Shown: positions 14,314-26,113 of the stretch, one piece after another
How positions within the stretch are numbered: position 1 is the first letter of the stretch
Layout: the number at the start of each line of letters is the position of its first letter
From: Lepidodermella squamata
Taxonomy: Eukaryota > Animalia > Gastrotricha
NCBI GenBank assembly: GCA_047495785.1
Contig: JBLDXI010000007.1
Coordinates: 434,001 to 498,000 of the forward strand
DNA length: 64,000 nucleotides
Reading direction: 5' to 3'
Notes under the pieces: model-generated
What the model was told of the DNA's origin: nothing
What the model saw: the letters and a program-made list of their open reading frames with translations, nothing else
Database searches by the model: none
Position numbers and translations under genes: made by a program

Positions 14314-15950
14314 ATGCTACCATTTGTTCTCCTGCTACCTGTTTTGAGCAATTTCGCATCAACGGAAAAGCTGGGTAATGACACAGATACGGCGACCGAC
14401 CAAGAATGTCCACACGGTTTGTTCGTGCTGATTTAAAAAAATCTTTTCAAATATTTCTCAACTTCGCAGTATCAGATAAAGATATTTTCGATTTTACGCT
14501 GACGAATTATTCGAGGCTTTCCAGGCCACATTTCAAAGGAAATGAAACAATGGTGGTAACGGTGGCTCTCCGACTATTCGGCATACAAGACTTCGTTGAA
14601 CGTGAAAGTACAATATCCCTGAACGCTTACCTTGACCTGGTAAACCATTTTTTACAACAATAAATCGTCATAGAGATGATTTTTAGGCGTGGAATGATGA
14701 ATACATGAGGTGGAATGAATCTTGGCCTCATAGGTGCATCGAATCCGTTGTTCTTCCAGCCGAAATTCTATGGCTTCCCGATATCGTTCTACTCAACTCT
14801 CCGTAAATATACAACAAAAATAAGAAAATTAAGCGGCAACAAAGTTGAATTTTCAATTTTCCAGAGACAACCCAAATTTTGTAGCCACGAGCAAAGGACT
14901 GAAAATAATTGTGAGCAGTTCTGGGGATGTACTGTACTCTTCTTTAGGTCGCCTTCAAACGATTTGTGAGGTTAGCTTCGACCTACAGTTCATTTCTCAA
15001 TAACTGGTAATACATTTCAGCTTGAGTTGACGTATTTTCCTTTCGACCAACAAATCTGCTCGATTCACTTCGAAGCATGGACTTACCCTAGCCATCAAGA
15101 AACGTTGACCCACGATGGGAAAACAAATATTTCAATTATTCCTCAGCTTTGGACGGAAAACAAGCTGTGGAAGCTGATAGGAAATTATACGCACTTCGGC
15201 AAGACGTCCTATCCAGACGACGATTTTGATAACGTAATATACTTCCTGATTTTGGAGAGGAAGTCGCTCTTCTACTACGTCAATGTTATAATACCTAGTC
15301 TCGTTATCGCCGTTGTCGAGCTAGTAACATTTTTTCTGCCACTGACCGAGGTCATCAAGGTCCACATTTCATTCACCTGCCTATTGGCGTATTCAGTTTT
15401 TCAAACCATGGTCATCTCTGAGCTGCCGCGGACAAGCTCGAGTGCACCACTGCTGTGTCTCTATATCGATATGCAAATGAGCTACATCGGCCTCGCTTTG
15501 ATCGGCGAAGGCGTGGTGTTTTTCTTCGCAGAAAATTCGATCAAGAGAAAGCCCGTTCCCGACAAACTTCTCGCCCTATTCAGGGTGATTGGCCAGGTTT
15601 TACTGGTTCACAACGCGGGGAAAGCGAAGCAAGTCGCCGAGCAAGCTTACAAGCCGAATAGATGGAGGCTGAACCCCAACTTTTACCACTTGATGCCGAA
15701 AACCAGCGCGGTTCGGTCTACGCTGAAGCTCAATAAGGTTGGTAGCGAAATGGCGCCGCCAGCTACTTACCACAAGCAAAAACTGAAAGATCGGCAGGAA
15801 ATGTGGCTTTTCATCGCTGAAGTCGCTGAGCGAATAAATTTGATCACCTATATCTGTTTGATCTCAATAACCCCAGCAATCATGTTCGGGGTCATGCCCC
15901 ACAGACAGCCAGACGTCAACGACCGGCTGCGAAACGAGTTTTTGAAATAA
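14314..15950 (+). CDS. Cys-loop ligand-gated ion channel, divergent non-alpha nicotinic acetylcholine receptor-like subunit; 5 exons
   Basis: Signal peptide from ATG 14314; NYSRLSRP, AWNDEYMRWN, LWLPDIVL, Cys-loop CELELTYFPFDQQIC, LERKSLFYYVNVIIPS, ELPRTS, four TM segments; four ~50-60 nt introns; no vicinal CC in loop C. Confidence 0.88.
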
Positions 15951-16636
15951 AAAATGAACGCAGTTTGGAAAAATTGCCGCCACTTTATTTTCATATTTTC
16001 CTTCCTCTCCACCAATAAAAATTGTGTATTTTTTTGAATGTGTCAGTGCGCACAAATAATTTTCTTCGAAACATCAGACGATGGCGCACAGTCCAACCAC
16101 CGAACAAACTTATACTCAATTACTATACTATTATGTATTATAACATTTCGCGGTTCCATCATATTATCATGAGACAGAATTGCAATTCTTGCATGTCGGA
16201 ATATAGTTTCACGCCGAGAAAGAATAATTACAGAAAGAAAGAAACTTTACTGACAATTCAGTTGCCCGGGTTTTGGGATAACGAGCAATGCAGGCCACAG
16301 ATAGCTTGGTTCATATTACACTCATCATCATCATCAACGGTGTTTGATTACATCGAATTATAATACTAAGGCTCGCATTTTCAAAAAATATTTATACTCA
16401 AGACTGTTCTCACATGACCTGTTATGTCAATTTTACTTCATTCATACGAAGACAGAAACAAAATATTGGTACGATCGAAAACAACAGTGGCCGACTCTTA
16501 TTTTGAACATCCTAGAGCTTCTAGTTCTTTTTAATTTGTTAAGGCAATATATTTATATATAGCTTCAACGATCCATTTCACTCGCAACTTTTCCGTATGA
16601 AAGCATCTTCATGCATTGGTTTGAAAGGTCATTCGC

Positions 16637-19454
16637 TTACTGCACGATTTTCAGCACTTTTCCAATTGCAACGGTTTTACCTGAAAAGTCAAAAGTCAAA
16701 ATTAAATTAGGAAGAAAAAATAGCAAATACTGAACAAATTATTAGAAACCCGAAATCTTTGGTAATAGAATTGCCTAAAATTTGGGTTTTCGGTTCCGAA
16801 ATTTCATTTGAAACCAACTTTATCGATAAAGACCGGTTCGAAAATAACCCCCAATCTCAATTTTAGTGATGCAAATATTTAGACCCGATCTAAAAAATCC
16901 CCCTTAAAATATTCCACCAATTAATTTATTTAGCACGATTTATTCTAATTTTAACCAAATTTTAACGATATAACTCACCTTCGTCACGAAGTGTAAATCG
17001 GCCAAGCTGAGGGAAATCTTTAAATGTTTCTAAGCAGACTACAGCCGAGTTGAGCACTTCGAAGCGGCAGATCGCGACTTGGTCTTGTTTCATAAATTTC
17101 GGCTTCACCTCGCCCTTCTCGCCGGTTTTCTTATCAATAAGGCAGATGATGATGCGAAGCTGCGCCTCCTGCGTACACGTGTGCGCGTGCATGACCGCGC
17201 CCCAGCCAGGGCAGATGATCGACTTGTAGTCGAGAATCGCCACCTGGGCGTCGAAAATGCGCGCTGTATGGCAGATTGAGTGGGGCGAGCATAGAATGAA
17301 ACCCGTCGAGATGTCCTCCTCTTCAATGCCCTTTAATTTAAGCTTGCAATTCTCACCAGCCTTGATCTCATTTTGCAGTTCATCCTCCTCTGTCATGATC
17401 TGTATGACTTCAACCGGCACTTTGTTCGGCATTACCACCAGTTTAGAGCCAATTGTCAACATGCCGGTTTCAAGTTTACCCATGATTATAGTGCCCATAT
17501 CGCGGTATTTATCGACGATTGGCAACCGAACAGGTCCGTCGAACTGGCGACCGACACCTGGCAATTTGTCTAGGTAATCCAGTAGGGACGGGCCGCGGTA
17601 CCACGGGCAGGTCGTCTCTGGCGGGACCACTTTCAAATAATCGCCGGAATACCCAGAGCACGGCATGAAAAACACGTCGCCACCCTCGTTTTTCACCTTA
17701 AATCCGCAGTTGTTGAGGAAAGGCGTGAGTTTCTTCTTGATTTCAATGTACCGGCCCTCGTCCCAGCCGACCGTCGACTCGTCCATCTTATTAATGAGAA
17801 CAATGAGGTGCTTGACACCGGCGGTTTTCACCAACATCGCGTGCTCTCGGGTCTGACCGCCGCGTTCGAACCCGGTTTCAAACTCTCCCTTACGCGCTGA
17901 GATGACCAATATCGCCACGTCGGCTTGAGCGGCGCCGCTAATCATGTTGGGCACGAAAGATTTGTGACCAGGCGCGTCTAGAATGGTGTAGCGTTTAGTG
18001 TCGGTTTCGAAATGGGCCCGGCCAACTTCGACCGTGATGCCTTTGTCGCGCTCCTCGGCGTTGGTGTCGAGCGCCCAGGCGTAGAACCACGACTCTCGGT
18101 TCATTTCTTTCGCCTCCTTCTCGTACTTCTCAAGCGTGCGCTTGTCGACGAGCCCGCACAGATACATGATGTGGCCGCCGATTGTCGACTTGCCAGCGTC
18201 GACGTGGCCGCAGAAAATCAAGTTGACGTGGTCCTTTTTCGGCGCTTTCGACTCGACAACTGGCTTTGGTTTCGCGATAACATCGACTTCCGCAGCGGCT
18301 GTAACTTCAGCAGATGGGCTCGGGCTCCGCTCCCACTCTAATAATTATTTTAGAAAATCATTATCCACTCATCAATGAAATACGAAGCAAGTTATAGAGT
18401 AGAACTTTAAGAAGTGAAAAGTGGAATCTGGCGAAATTTTATTTGATATGAAAAAATTTCAATGCCGTTTCAATATAAATGATCGAGAAAGCTTCTCAAA
18501 GTTCAAAGTTTCTCACGAAAAATTCAAATTTTATAAAAGTTAGAAAATTTTAAAATTTGATTTTTCTCAGCAATCCACCTCAATTTACAGTTAATTGTTA
18601 TTTTCACACACACTCGCTCGATTTTCTTTTGTGTTGTTCTGAGAAATCTCGCTGCCGATAGAATTACGCTAATATCTCTAAATCCACCTGAAAAGGTTGA
18701 AACTTTTGCGACTATTCTAATTATAGGAAGATGGAAGCAACACAGAGGCCTAAAACTCGGAAGCTGAAGATTTATAAGGCAACTGGTTTATGGCTTAGTT
18801 GACACTCAGAATCGAACTTTGGGAGATTTTAATGATAAATAGGAATATTCGCGAAATTCCACTTTTCAACGGTCAATTGAAATGCGAAAATTGCTTACCT
18901 TCTTCTTTCTTAGCCTCTTCTGACGCCGCAGTACTTGGCTTTGACGCTGATGGAGAATCGCCGTTGGCAGCTACTTTCAATTTTTCAACCTGAGCTGTTA
19001 CTTGCTGAATAGGAGCAGCAGCTGGGGTGGGTTTAGGGGCTGGTTCCGCCGGCTCCGCAGCAGGCTTAGCTGGTGCAGGGGCTGGGGCGGCTACTTGGAC
19101 CGGCGCAGGCAGAGGAGCCGCAGCAGGTTTGGGAGGGGTTGATGGCTGCTGTTGAGGCGGCGGCGGCTGCTGAGCAAACTGCTGCATCACTTGCTGAGGA
19201 TGTACCTGTCGTGGCTGAGCATAACTAGGTTGTTGCTGCTGGAATGACTGAATCGGAATCTGTTGGGGAATGAACGCCTGACCGGGCGGCATGAACATTG
19301 CCTGGGGCGGAATCATATTCGGCGGCCGGGCTGCGAACATCGCCGGCTGTTGCTGTTGCGGCGGCGGGACAGCGCCCGGGGGAGGCGCGAAACCGCCTGG
19401 CACAAACTCTTGAGCAAAAACGTTGAATCGCGGGGCGCCACGAGGATCTGACAT
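16637..19454 (-). CDS. GSPT1: Eukaryotic peptide chain release factor GTP-binding subunit eRF3; exons 19454-18899, 18337-16979, 16680-16637
   Basis: GHVDAGKST, DAPGHKSFVPNMI, GEFETGFERGGQTREH, NKMD, GRFTLRDEGKTVAIGKV; N-terminal PAM2-like FNVFAQEFVPG. Confidence 0.96.
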
Positions 19455-19813
19455 CAAGGTTGCCGCGTTGCTTCAGGAAAATTAAAACTAAAGTTAACTG
19501 CCCTAAAATACGAAAAAACACAAATCGTTGAATTCACGATAAAATACCTCAAACTGCTTTATTACAGACTACCTGTTCTTATCATTTGATTTCTTCAGTA
19601 GCTACAGTGGTATCAGAATAGAACAACAGGTCGCGGATTCACAAGGGGAAAATGAATCGTAGTCATCACACTAGAAGAGCACACGTGCTATACATTGTAT
19701 TTCAATTATTATCAACTGGCAGGTTTAACAATCCTCTAATTCTTCCGATTTATCATTATTTTTTATCGTTTAATTTCATCTGATTCACGGGTGAGAAACT
19801 GCCGTTTTACTGT

Positions 19814-20146
19814 TTAGCTCTTGATGCATGAATCGTCCTCGTTAGCGGGGTATTTGAACTTCTTAAGGTCGGGCGTCGAGTACAAGTTCAGATTTCCGCT
19901 CTTGTAAATGAAGCCGAAGGAGAAAATGAAAAATGCACCACTGGCCAGAAGCAGAATGTTCCAGCGGGCGTTCTGCTTGCTGTGGTAATCAGCCCACGAA
20001 CCAGATGGCACTGGCAAATCAGACAAGCGGCGCTTGTATTGAACATCCAGGTCCTTCAGCGAAACGTGGTGACCATGGTGGGCGTCCGAGGCCATGGCGC
20101 GGCTCAGAGGAGCGCGCAAAGCAGTCAAGCTTCGCTGGGCGAACAT
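19814..20146 (-). CDS. Small single-TM protein with deltamethrin-resistance prag01-like domain, probably mitochondrial
   Basis: Presequence-like start MFAQRSLTALRAPLSR; DLPVPSGSWADYHSKQNARWNILL followed by a TM helix. Confidence 0.75.
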   Translation of the reverse strand: MFAQRSLTALRAPLSRAMASDAHHGHHVSLKDLDVQYKRRLSDLPVPSGSWADYHSKQNARWNILLLASGAFFIFSFGFIYKSGNLNLYSTPDLKKFKYPANEDDSCIKS

Positions 20147-20298
20147 TTTCTGCTACAATTTAATCACAAAAACACCTAATTTGTAAATATAAGTCTCAGT
20201 TAACAATTATAACACGCCTAAACAAAACATTAACGGTTTTAATTGAGTCCCATCAGAAAGTTCAAGCTAAAAAAGAAAGGAGAAGAAAAAATCAGCAA

Positions 20299-22245
20299 TT
20301 AGCGGGCTGTGTGGCTGAAAAACGTGTAACGCGGTTCTTCGGTGGTGTTGCGCTTTCCAGTACTAGCCACAATACCGCGCCCGGTCTTTTTCTGCGGTTG
20401 CTTCGATTGCTGGACAGGACTGGGTGATAGATCACGGCGGTTCGCAGCTGGACCTGGTCCTCGCTTATCCTTAAATTTCAAAGTTCCGCCGCGTTTCTGT
20501 TGAGCACTGGAAGAAAGACCCCGTTTCGCCATGTGGGGAGGCGACGATCCGAAGGGCTCATAGTCGCGACGATCATGGCCACGCCTATTCGGACCTCCCT
20601 TCGCTCCAAAGCTGCTATCAATTCGCTGCAATTTGTTGGTGGATGGAAAATCCATCTGATCGTCGTATTTACTGCGAGGAGGGCTGCGGTTGGCGAACTG
20701 CCTCTGCCGCTTCTCGGGTGAGCGAGGTTTCGGTTTTGAACTACTGGGTTGTTGCCCTTTCTTGTCTTTAGCACGCGATTCAAAGCCACCCCGATCAGCG
20801 GGTACCTTTTTCGACTTTTTCGCCTGAATCGGCGGTGGCGAAGGCGAGCGGCTACTTGGTCGCCGTTGCGTTTTTTTCTTTGATACCTTCGCAGGTGTGC
20901 GAGATCTGCTGCGACTCGAACTCGATGAGGAAGAGCTCGATCGAGACCGGGATGAAGACGATGATGAGCGGGAACTACGCGAGCCCGAGCTCGACGATGA
21001 CCGTGACGACGAAGATCTAGATCGCGATGCGCTCGATCGAGAACGAGATCGGCTACGACTTGACCTCTTCTTCTTCTTTTTAGATGGAGCGGATTTTTTA
21101 TCATCTTTGCGCTTTTCGTATTTATCCTCATATTTGTCCTTTTTCGATTTCTTCGAATATTGCGGTTCTTTCTTTCGCCCGTATTTTCCACCGGACGCGG
21201 CAAACGCCGCAGCTGCTTTAGCTAACATAGCTTGCTTTTCTGGATCAGTAACGTCGAGTAAGCCAGAGTGGTCTGGATTCGTACTCATAATTTTACGAAG
21301 AGCCATGGGAACATATTGCTGGCGCCTGGCAAAAGGCAAACGAGGATCGACCGGATTTTTCTGGCCTTGATCCATGCCTCCTCCTCCTCCTCCTCCCATT
21401 TGCATGGGACCTCGGCTGCCAAAACCGTGCGTTGGTAAACCGCCACCACGACCATTATTAAAAGAAAATACTCCTCTAGATGTCAGTCTGCTGCCGCTAA
21501 GAATACGCCGCGCTCCTCCACTAGCTGCTCGGCCTCGGCCGAAAACTTGGCTGTTGGTAGCTGCAGTCATACGATGCTCATCCTCTGATCTATCAGAGCC
21601 GTCGGATTTACGATCACTGCCGCTTTCGCTCCCAGCTCGATTGCGATTCTTGTTAGCGGCAGCTGAAGCAGCATTGCTCGACGGAGGAGGTGGCGTTTCT
21701 CGCCGAGTTAGCTTCCGCATGAGCATTTGCTGTAAAGCTTCTTCTTGCTCGCGTCTCTCCTTATCAAGTAATTCGGCTTCGCGGCGTCGAGCCTCCTCTT
21801 CAGCTTTTTCTCGTTCGATTTTTTTCCTAGCTTCGAGTAGATCTTCAAGCATTCTTCGCTCTCGTTCGTCGCCCATCTTTGCCAACTTTACTTGCTCAAA
21901 GAGAACAGTCAACAGCCGAATCGATTCCAGCTTGCGTTGGGCTATAACAATTTTTCGCTCCTCAAGAGCGATCCTGCGAGCCATGGCCTCTTCTTCCTCT
22001 AAACGCTTCTGTTCTTCCAGCCATCTTTGTTCCTCGAGTTCACGTCTCTTCCTCTCTTCTTCTTTTTGAATTTCAGCTTCTCGCTCTAACCTACGGGCGC
22101 GTTCCTCTTTCTCCAGTTCCGCTTGCCGCAACTGCTCTTCTCGTATGAGACGGGCGCGTTCCAGCAATTCTTGCTTCTCTCGCTCCACTTTTCGACGGGC
22201 TGCAAGTTCTGCTTGAACTTTTGAATCGTCTGCTTCAGTAGCCAT
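20299..22245 (-). CDS. AKAP17A/SFRS17A-like coiled-coil plus RS-rich protein (no RRM seen)
   Basis: IALEERKIVIAQRKLESIRLL resembles the conserved AKAP17A helix; long E/R coiled coil; RS domain. Confidence 0.7.
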   Translation of the reverse strand: MATEADDSKVQAELAARRKVEREKQELLERARLIREEQLRQAELEKEERARRLEREAEIQKEEERKRRELEEQRWLEEQKRLEEEEAMARRIALEERKIVIAQRKLESIRLLTVLFEQVKLAKMGDERERRMLEDLLEARKKIEREKAEEEARRREAELLDKERREQEEALQQMLMRKLTRRETPPPPSSNAASAAANKNRNRAGSESGSDRKSDGSDRSEDEHRMTAATNSQVFGRGRAASGGARRILSGSRLTSRGVFSFNNGRGGGLPTHGFGSRGPMQMGGGGGGGMDQGQKNPVDPRLPFARRQQYVPMALRKIMSTNPDHSGLLDVTDPEKQAMLAKAAAAFAASGGKYGRKKEPQYSKKSKKDKYEDKYEKRKDDKKSAPSKKKKKRSSRSRSRSRSSASRSRSSSSRSSSSSGSRSSRSSSSSSRSRSSSSSSSSSRSRSRTPAKVSKKKTQRRPSSRSPSPPPIQAKKSKKVPADRGGFESRAKDKKGQQPSSSKPKPRSPEKRQRQFANRSPPRSKYDDQMDFPSTNKLQRIDSSFGAKGGPNRRGHDRRDYEPFGSSPPHMAKRGLSSSAQQKRGGTLKFKDKRGPGPAANRRDLSPSPVQQSKQPQKKTGRGIVASTGKRNTTEEPRYTFFSHTAR

Positions 22246-23299
22246 TATAAAAAAATCCTACAGAACGATAAACGGTGGATAAATATCACAGACTTAGTAT
22301 GTTTCAAGATAATTTGCGTATACTTATTCTAAACGAGCGATTGTAATAGAAAAATGTAAACAAAATTCAGCAGCAGAAAACAGGAAGGCTAACCACAGTT
22401 CGGCGACCACAGTAGTACGACACACCTATAGGACATATGACATACCGTCAAAGTATAAATCAAAAAGTGGAATGCAGGCATTCGTTAACGTAAATTGAAT
22501 ACGTTGAAGTACGCCCATAGTAAAAAGTAAACGTAAGGCTGAACGTGGGATATATCAATATCCTCTGACCTCTGAATGCCCTATAAATACTGTGGACCAC
22601 AGAAATGAGGAAAGTTCGTTTGCTTTGCTTTTTGGCGTTTTAGTTTCGCGTAAAAAATTTGACATCGTGCCGAAGGAGGAAAAGGGAAAAGTCAAACAAT
22701 TTCCAATTTCTCACCGCTCACCCGACGCGCGATGCGTAGCCACTTTCCTTATCTTGAGCAATTGATCCTCCTTTGTGACACATTAGCAAACAACAACTTT
22801 TACGTCTTTTGAAAATATTCCCCTGCATCTATCGATTACGCCAAGAGAGACAGGTGAAACTGGAAAAAACTAGAGGAAATCAGCCAAATGTTATGTGCTA
22901 CCCTCGCTCGCCTTGCATATCTTCGCCAGCAGCTTGTAATCTTTCGTAGAAAAGAAAAATGCGAGAGACAAGAGACACATGTTATTCCACCGTTTACGGG
23001 GTAACGAACTCGGGGTATGAAGTGGCAATGGGCAATGGGAGCTTCTCCACACGGTGACTAGAAAAATGGGGACCAAAAGCGTGATTTTACATATCTTTCC
23101 ACTGTTATTTTACTTACCCCCTATTACTTCACAAATTTCTCATTTTTCTAAATTATTCAAATACCCAAATGTGTTGTCTTTAAAAGAATAGAAAATGATG
23201 TAAATAAATTTTAAGGCTAATAAAGTTGAATATTTAATGATCATTTGCGCTAAGTACCTCTCAATCTTTTCATTTTCGTGGCCGGCAGATGTTTTTTTC

Positions 23300-24300
23300 G
23301 CGGTTGCAAAACGCGTCGTAAGTCGTAAGTCTACGAGCAGTAACGCATTCATCGGGTGAGCATTCGATAGCCAAAAATGGCTCCTGACTCCTGAACCTGA
23401 TGAAAATGCAATCGATGGTTGTCGTAGCAACGAAAGATTTGAGATTTGAGTTGCATTGCTGAGGACAGGTTGAAAAGCATCTGTCTTCGGTTGCGAACTG
23501 GCACATCGAAAATTTTAAGGATTTTTCAATGTTAAAGATTGGAAGCAATCTCTTTAAGGCGCAAAAGATCATTTTCGAACGACTAAGTAGACAATCTAAG
23601 AATCAGACGATGGCGCATGTGTTGATAATTGGGATTCTATTTACTGCACCACCTTCATTCTGCAGAAACATGCTTACATCTGATTGATGGTGAAGGATTT
23701 TATGCTCAAGCCGTAGGCATGATCTGGAGTGGTACTAAGCGATCAGCGCGTCTTATATATATATAGGAATTTCGTTCCCAATGTTATCTTGGTTTACGTA
23801 ATGCTCATCTGAATCCGGCCAGCAGATGGAAATTCTGCTAAATAGCTTTGTGGTTACATTTATTCCGTGAAATTGTGCCTTCCCTACATACATCTTCTTG
23901 AAGAAGTGCCGATGTGCTTTGGGATCAGCTTGGCGACAAGCTTCCTTTGATCTCGTCAATTTCTCAAGTCAGTTCCATCGATGTCGCTTTGTGGACAATT
24001 GATCGGCGAAACAAAACGCTTTCTCACGTATCTTCGCAAACCTTTCTATTCTGCCAAGTTTCACCGGTTTCGCATCTGGTTCTGATGCCGTAACTAAAGC
24101 ATTGTTCACTAAGTCGTTAATTTGTCTTTAAAGTGCATTCAAGCAGATTCTCGTTGTCCATTCGGTCTATTTCGAAGAATGGAAATTTCGTGTACATATT
24201 TTTAGTCAAATGAAAATCACAATCGGTAGTGACATGATTATCGAATACGTTGAAAGAAATCGCCTCTTGAAAAGCAGGGACTATTGGCAAGTTTTGATTT
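23300..24300 (-). mobile_element. Possible decayed Mutator/MULE-like transposase remnant
   Basis: Minus-strand frame around 24150-24270 reads EAISFNVFDNHVTTDCDFHLTKNM, resembling the MULE AI..VF......C.FH...N motif. Surrounding frames are broken; boundaries are approximate. Confidence 0.25.
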
Positions 24301-25039
24301 CAATTCAAAGTATATTTCAAATACAAGGTGGCCAGTGATTCAAATTATAATAGCTACTTGTACAATTTTTCAAGCGAACCGACTAGGTCGGTCAGGTCGC
24401 GTTCAATCGAAATTACACGCAAACTACGTTGGCTCAGTTTGGTTCGAAGATAATTTCATTAAGCTTAAGACGGGAAAAGCTTTCCGAGGGTTTGTCTATC
24501 CAACGCAATCAGACCCATTTGCCAGAGGAAGCCGCAGTTTGTTACCACATCGGTCATACCTGCGAGGCGAATTCGTGTTCGAAAGATTTACCTCGGGTTC
24601 AATTCTAGCCTCTTAATACTCGCGAGAAAAGAAGAGACGAGAAGAGGGAGCAAATATTTATTAATTAATTAATTAAGATAGCTTATGTCCAAGATCGAAC
24701 GCTTACAACAATTGTTATCCATGTGTAACGATTAACGCGATAATTCAAGTAATTCTTATTTATTTATTATTATTCTCCTAATAAAAGAACAACCTAGCAA
24801 TAATTATACGGCATTGGATATAAGGCTAGGTTAGAGTTTCACACAAGGCGACTCGACGACTAATATGATAGCATAATAGCATAGTAACGTTCCTTTGAAG
24901 ACCATACAAACAGTTATGACTGAATATGACTGAAATGCATTCCACAGATGCCGGCAGAAAAAGCGTGGTCAATTCAGTCCATTTAAGGCTGGTTGAAACC
25001 ACTCGCTGGTTATTTAGTTTGTAGAACATTGCGGTTCAA

Positions 25040-25320
25040 ACTCGGGTTCAGGAACAGGCGAGTGATTGCAGCATCATCGGAAAATGAAGAGAGGTGGTTT
25101 AATCTGACCGCAGATGTAGGAACGCCACTGCTGAGTTGCACAGACCAATGCAAGGCATTCCTTCTCAGTCGTCGAGTCATCTTGCGGCTAGCGAAGGCTA
25201 CAGGACAGTCGTTGCCGTCATCGTCAAGATGCGACAACATGGCGCCAAGAGTGAAGTCGGACGCGTCAGCCGAAATGTGAAATTCCTTTGTGTTCATATC
25301 GAAGTTTATCATAACCGCCA
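25040..25320 (-). mobile_element. Ty3/gypsy LTR retrotransposon pol (RNase H) fragment, frameshifted
   Basis: FHISADASDFTLGAMLSH..DGNDCPVAFASRKMT, then after a frameshift TTEKECLALVCATQQWRSYICG, then FSDDAAI; typical gypsy RNase H motifs. Confidence 0.85.
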
Positions 25321-25407
25321 CCTTCAGATCGAATTGCTCGATTTTACTTATTTTCTAATCAGTTGGTTAACCGTAAATATCTATTCATTCACTTATATAT
25401 TTTTAGA

Positions 25408-26113
25408 ATGATTGCCGATTGTTTACTAATTATTTTTATTTCAACGCTGACTGCTTTCGTGTCAGAAGGCATGACATGGCTTTTGGTGTATCGAGGTGAA
25501 CACTACAAAAGGTTGAAAGCCGAAATCGAAAAAGATACTCGAAAGCGTAAGTTTATCTAACTTCAATTCAACCGCAATCTAAACTGTTTGCTTTTAATCA
25601 GTTGAGAAGAAAAAGGAATCTACGTCAGAATTCGGCGACAAAAGTACGAAAAAGAAAATCGAGCGGCAAGAGGAGCGGTTGAAGTTCAGCAGCCGAGAGT
25701 TGAACATGGTCAAAATGAAGTCAATGTTCGCAATCGGCATGGCTTTCGCCGCTCTTTTCAGCATGTGCTCGTCCATATTCGAAGGCCGCCCCGTAGCGAA
25801 ACTGCCCTTCGTCCCGATTTCGTTCGTCCGCAACTTGTCGCATTCGTAAGTGCATTACACTCATCGCATTTTCATTACGCGCATTATTTGTCCGCAGTTA
25901 CACGTTGTTTATTTAAATGTGTTTATTATTATTATCTTGACCAGTGGCCTACTCGGAAACGACTCGACGGATTGTTCTTTCGTGTTTTTCTACATTCTTT
26001 GTACAATGTCCATCAGGCAGAACGTTCAGAAGCTGCTCGGCTTCAATTTGTCGCGAGCTGCCACGAAGCAGTTCGGAGGAAACGGCATGTTCGGCCCGCA
26101 GCCGTCCAAGTGA
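25408..26113 (+). CDS. TMCO1: Calcium load-activated calcium channel TMCO1; exons 25408-25546, 25602-25845, 25945-26113
   Basis: MIADCLLIIFIS..SEGMTWLLVYR, KMKSMFAIG, VAKLPFVP, GNDSTDCSFVFFYILCTMSIRQNVQKLLGF. Confidence 0.95.

Noticed and set aside
17563-17573. Exact U7-type Sm site AATTTGTCTAG on the plus strand
   Set aside because: It lies antisense to eRF3 codons (YLDKLP), has no convincing 3' hairpin, and has only weak bulged complementarity to the histone 17-mer; probably chance.
20897-22069. Long antisense ORFs (RD-rich, S-rich)
   Set aside because: Shadow frames of the RS and coiled-coil coding sequence.
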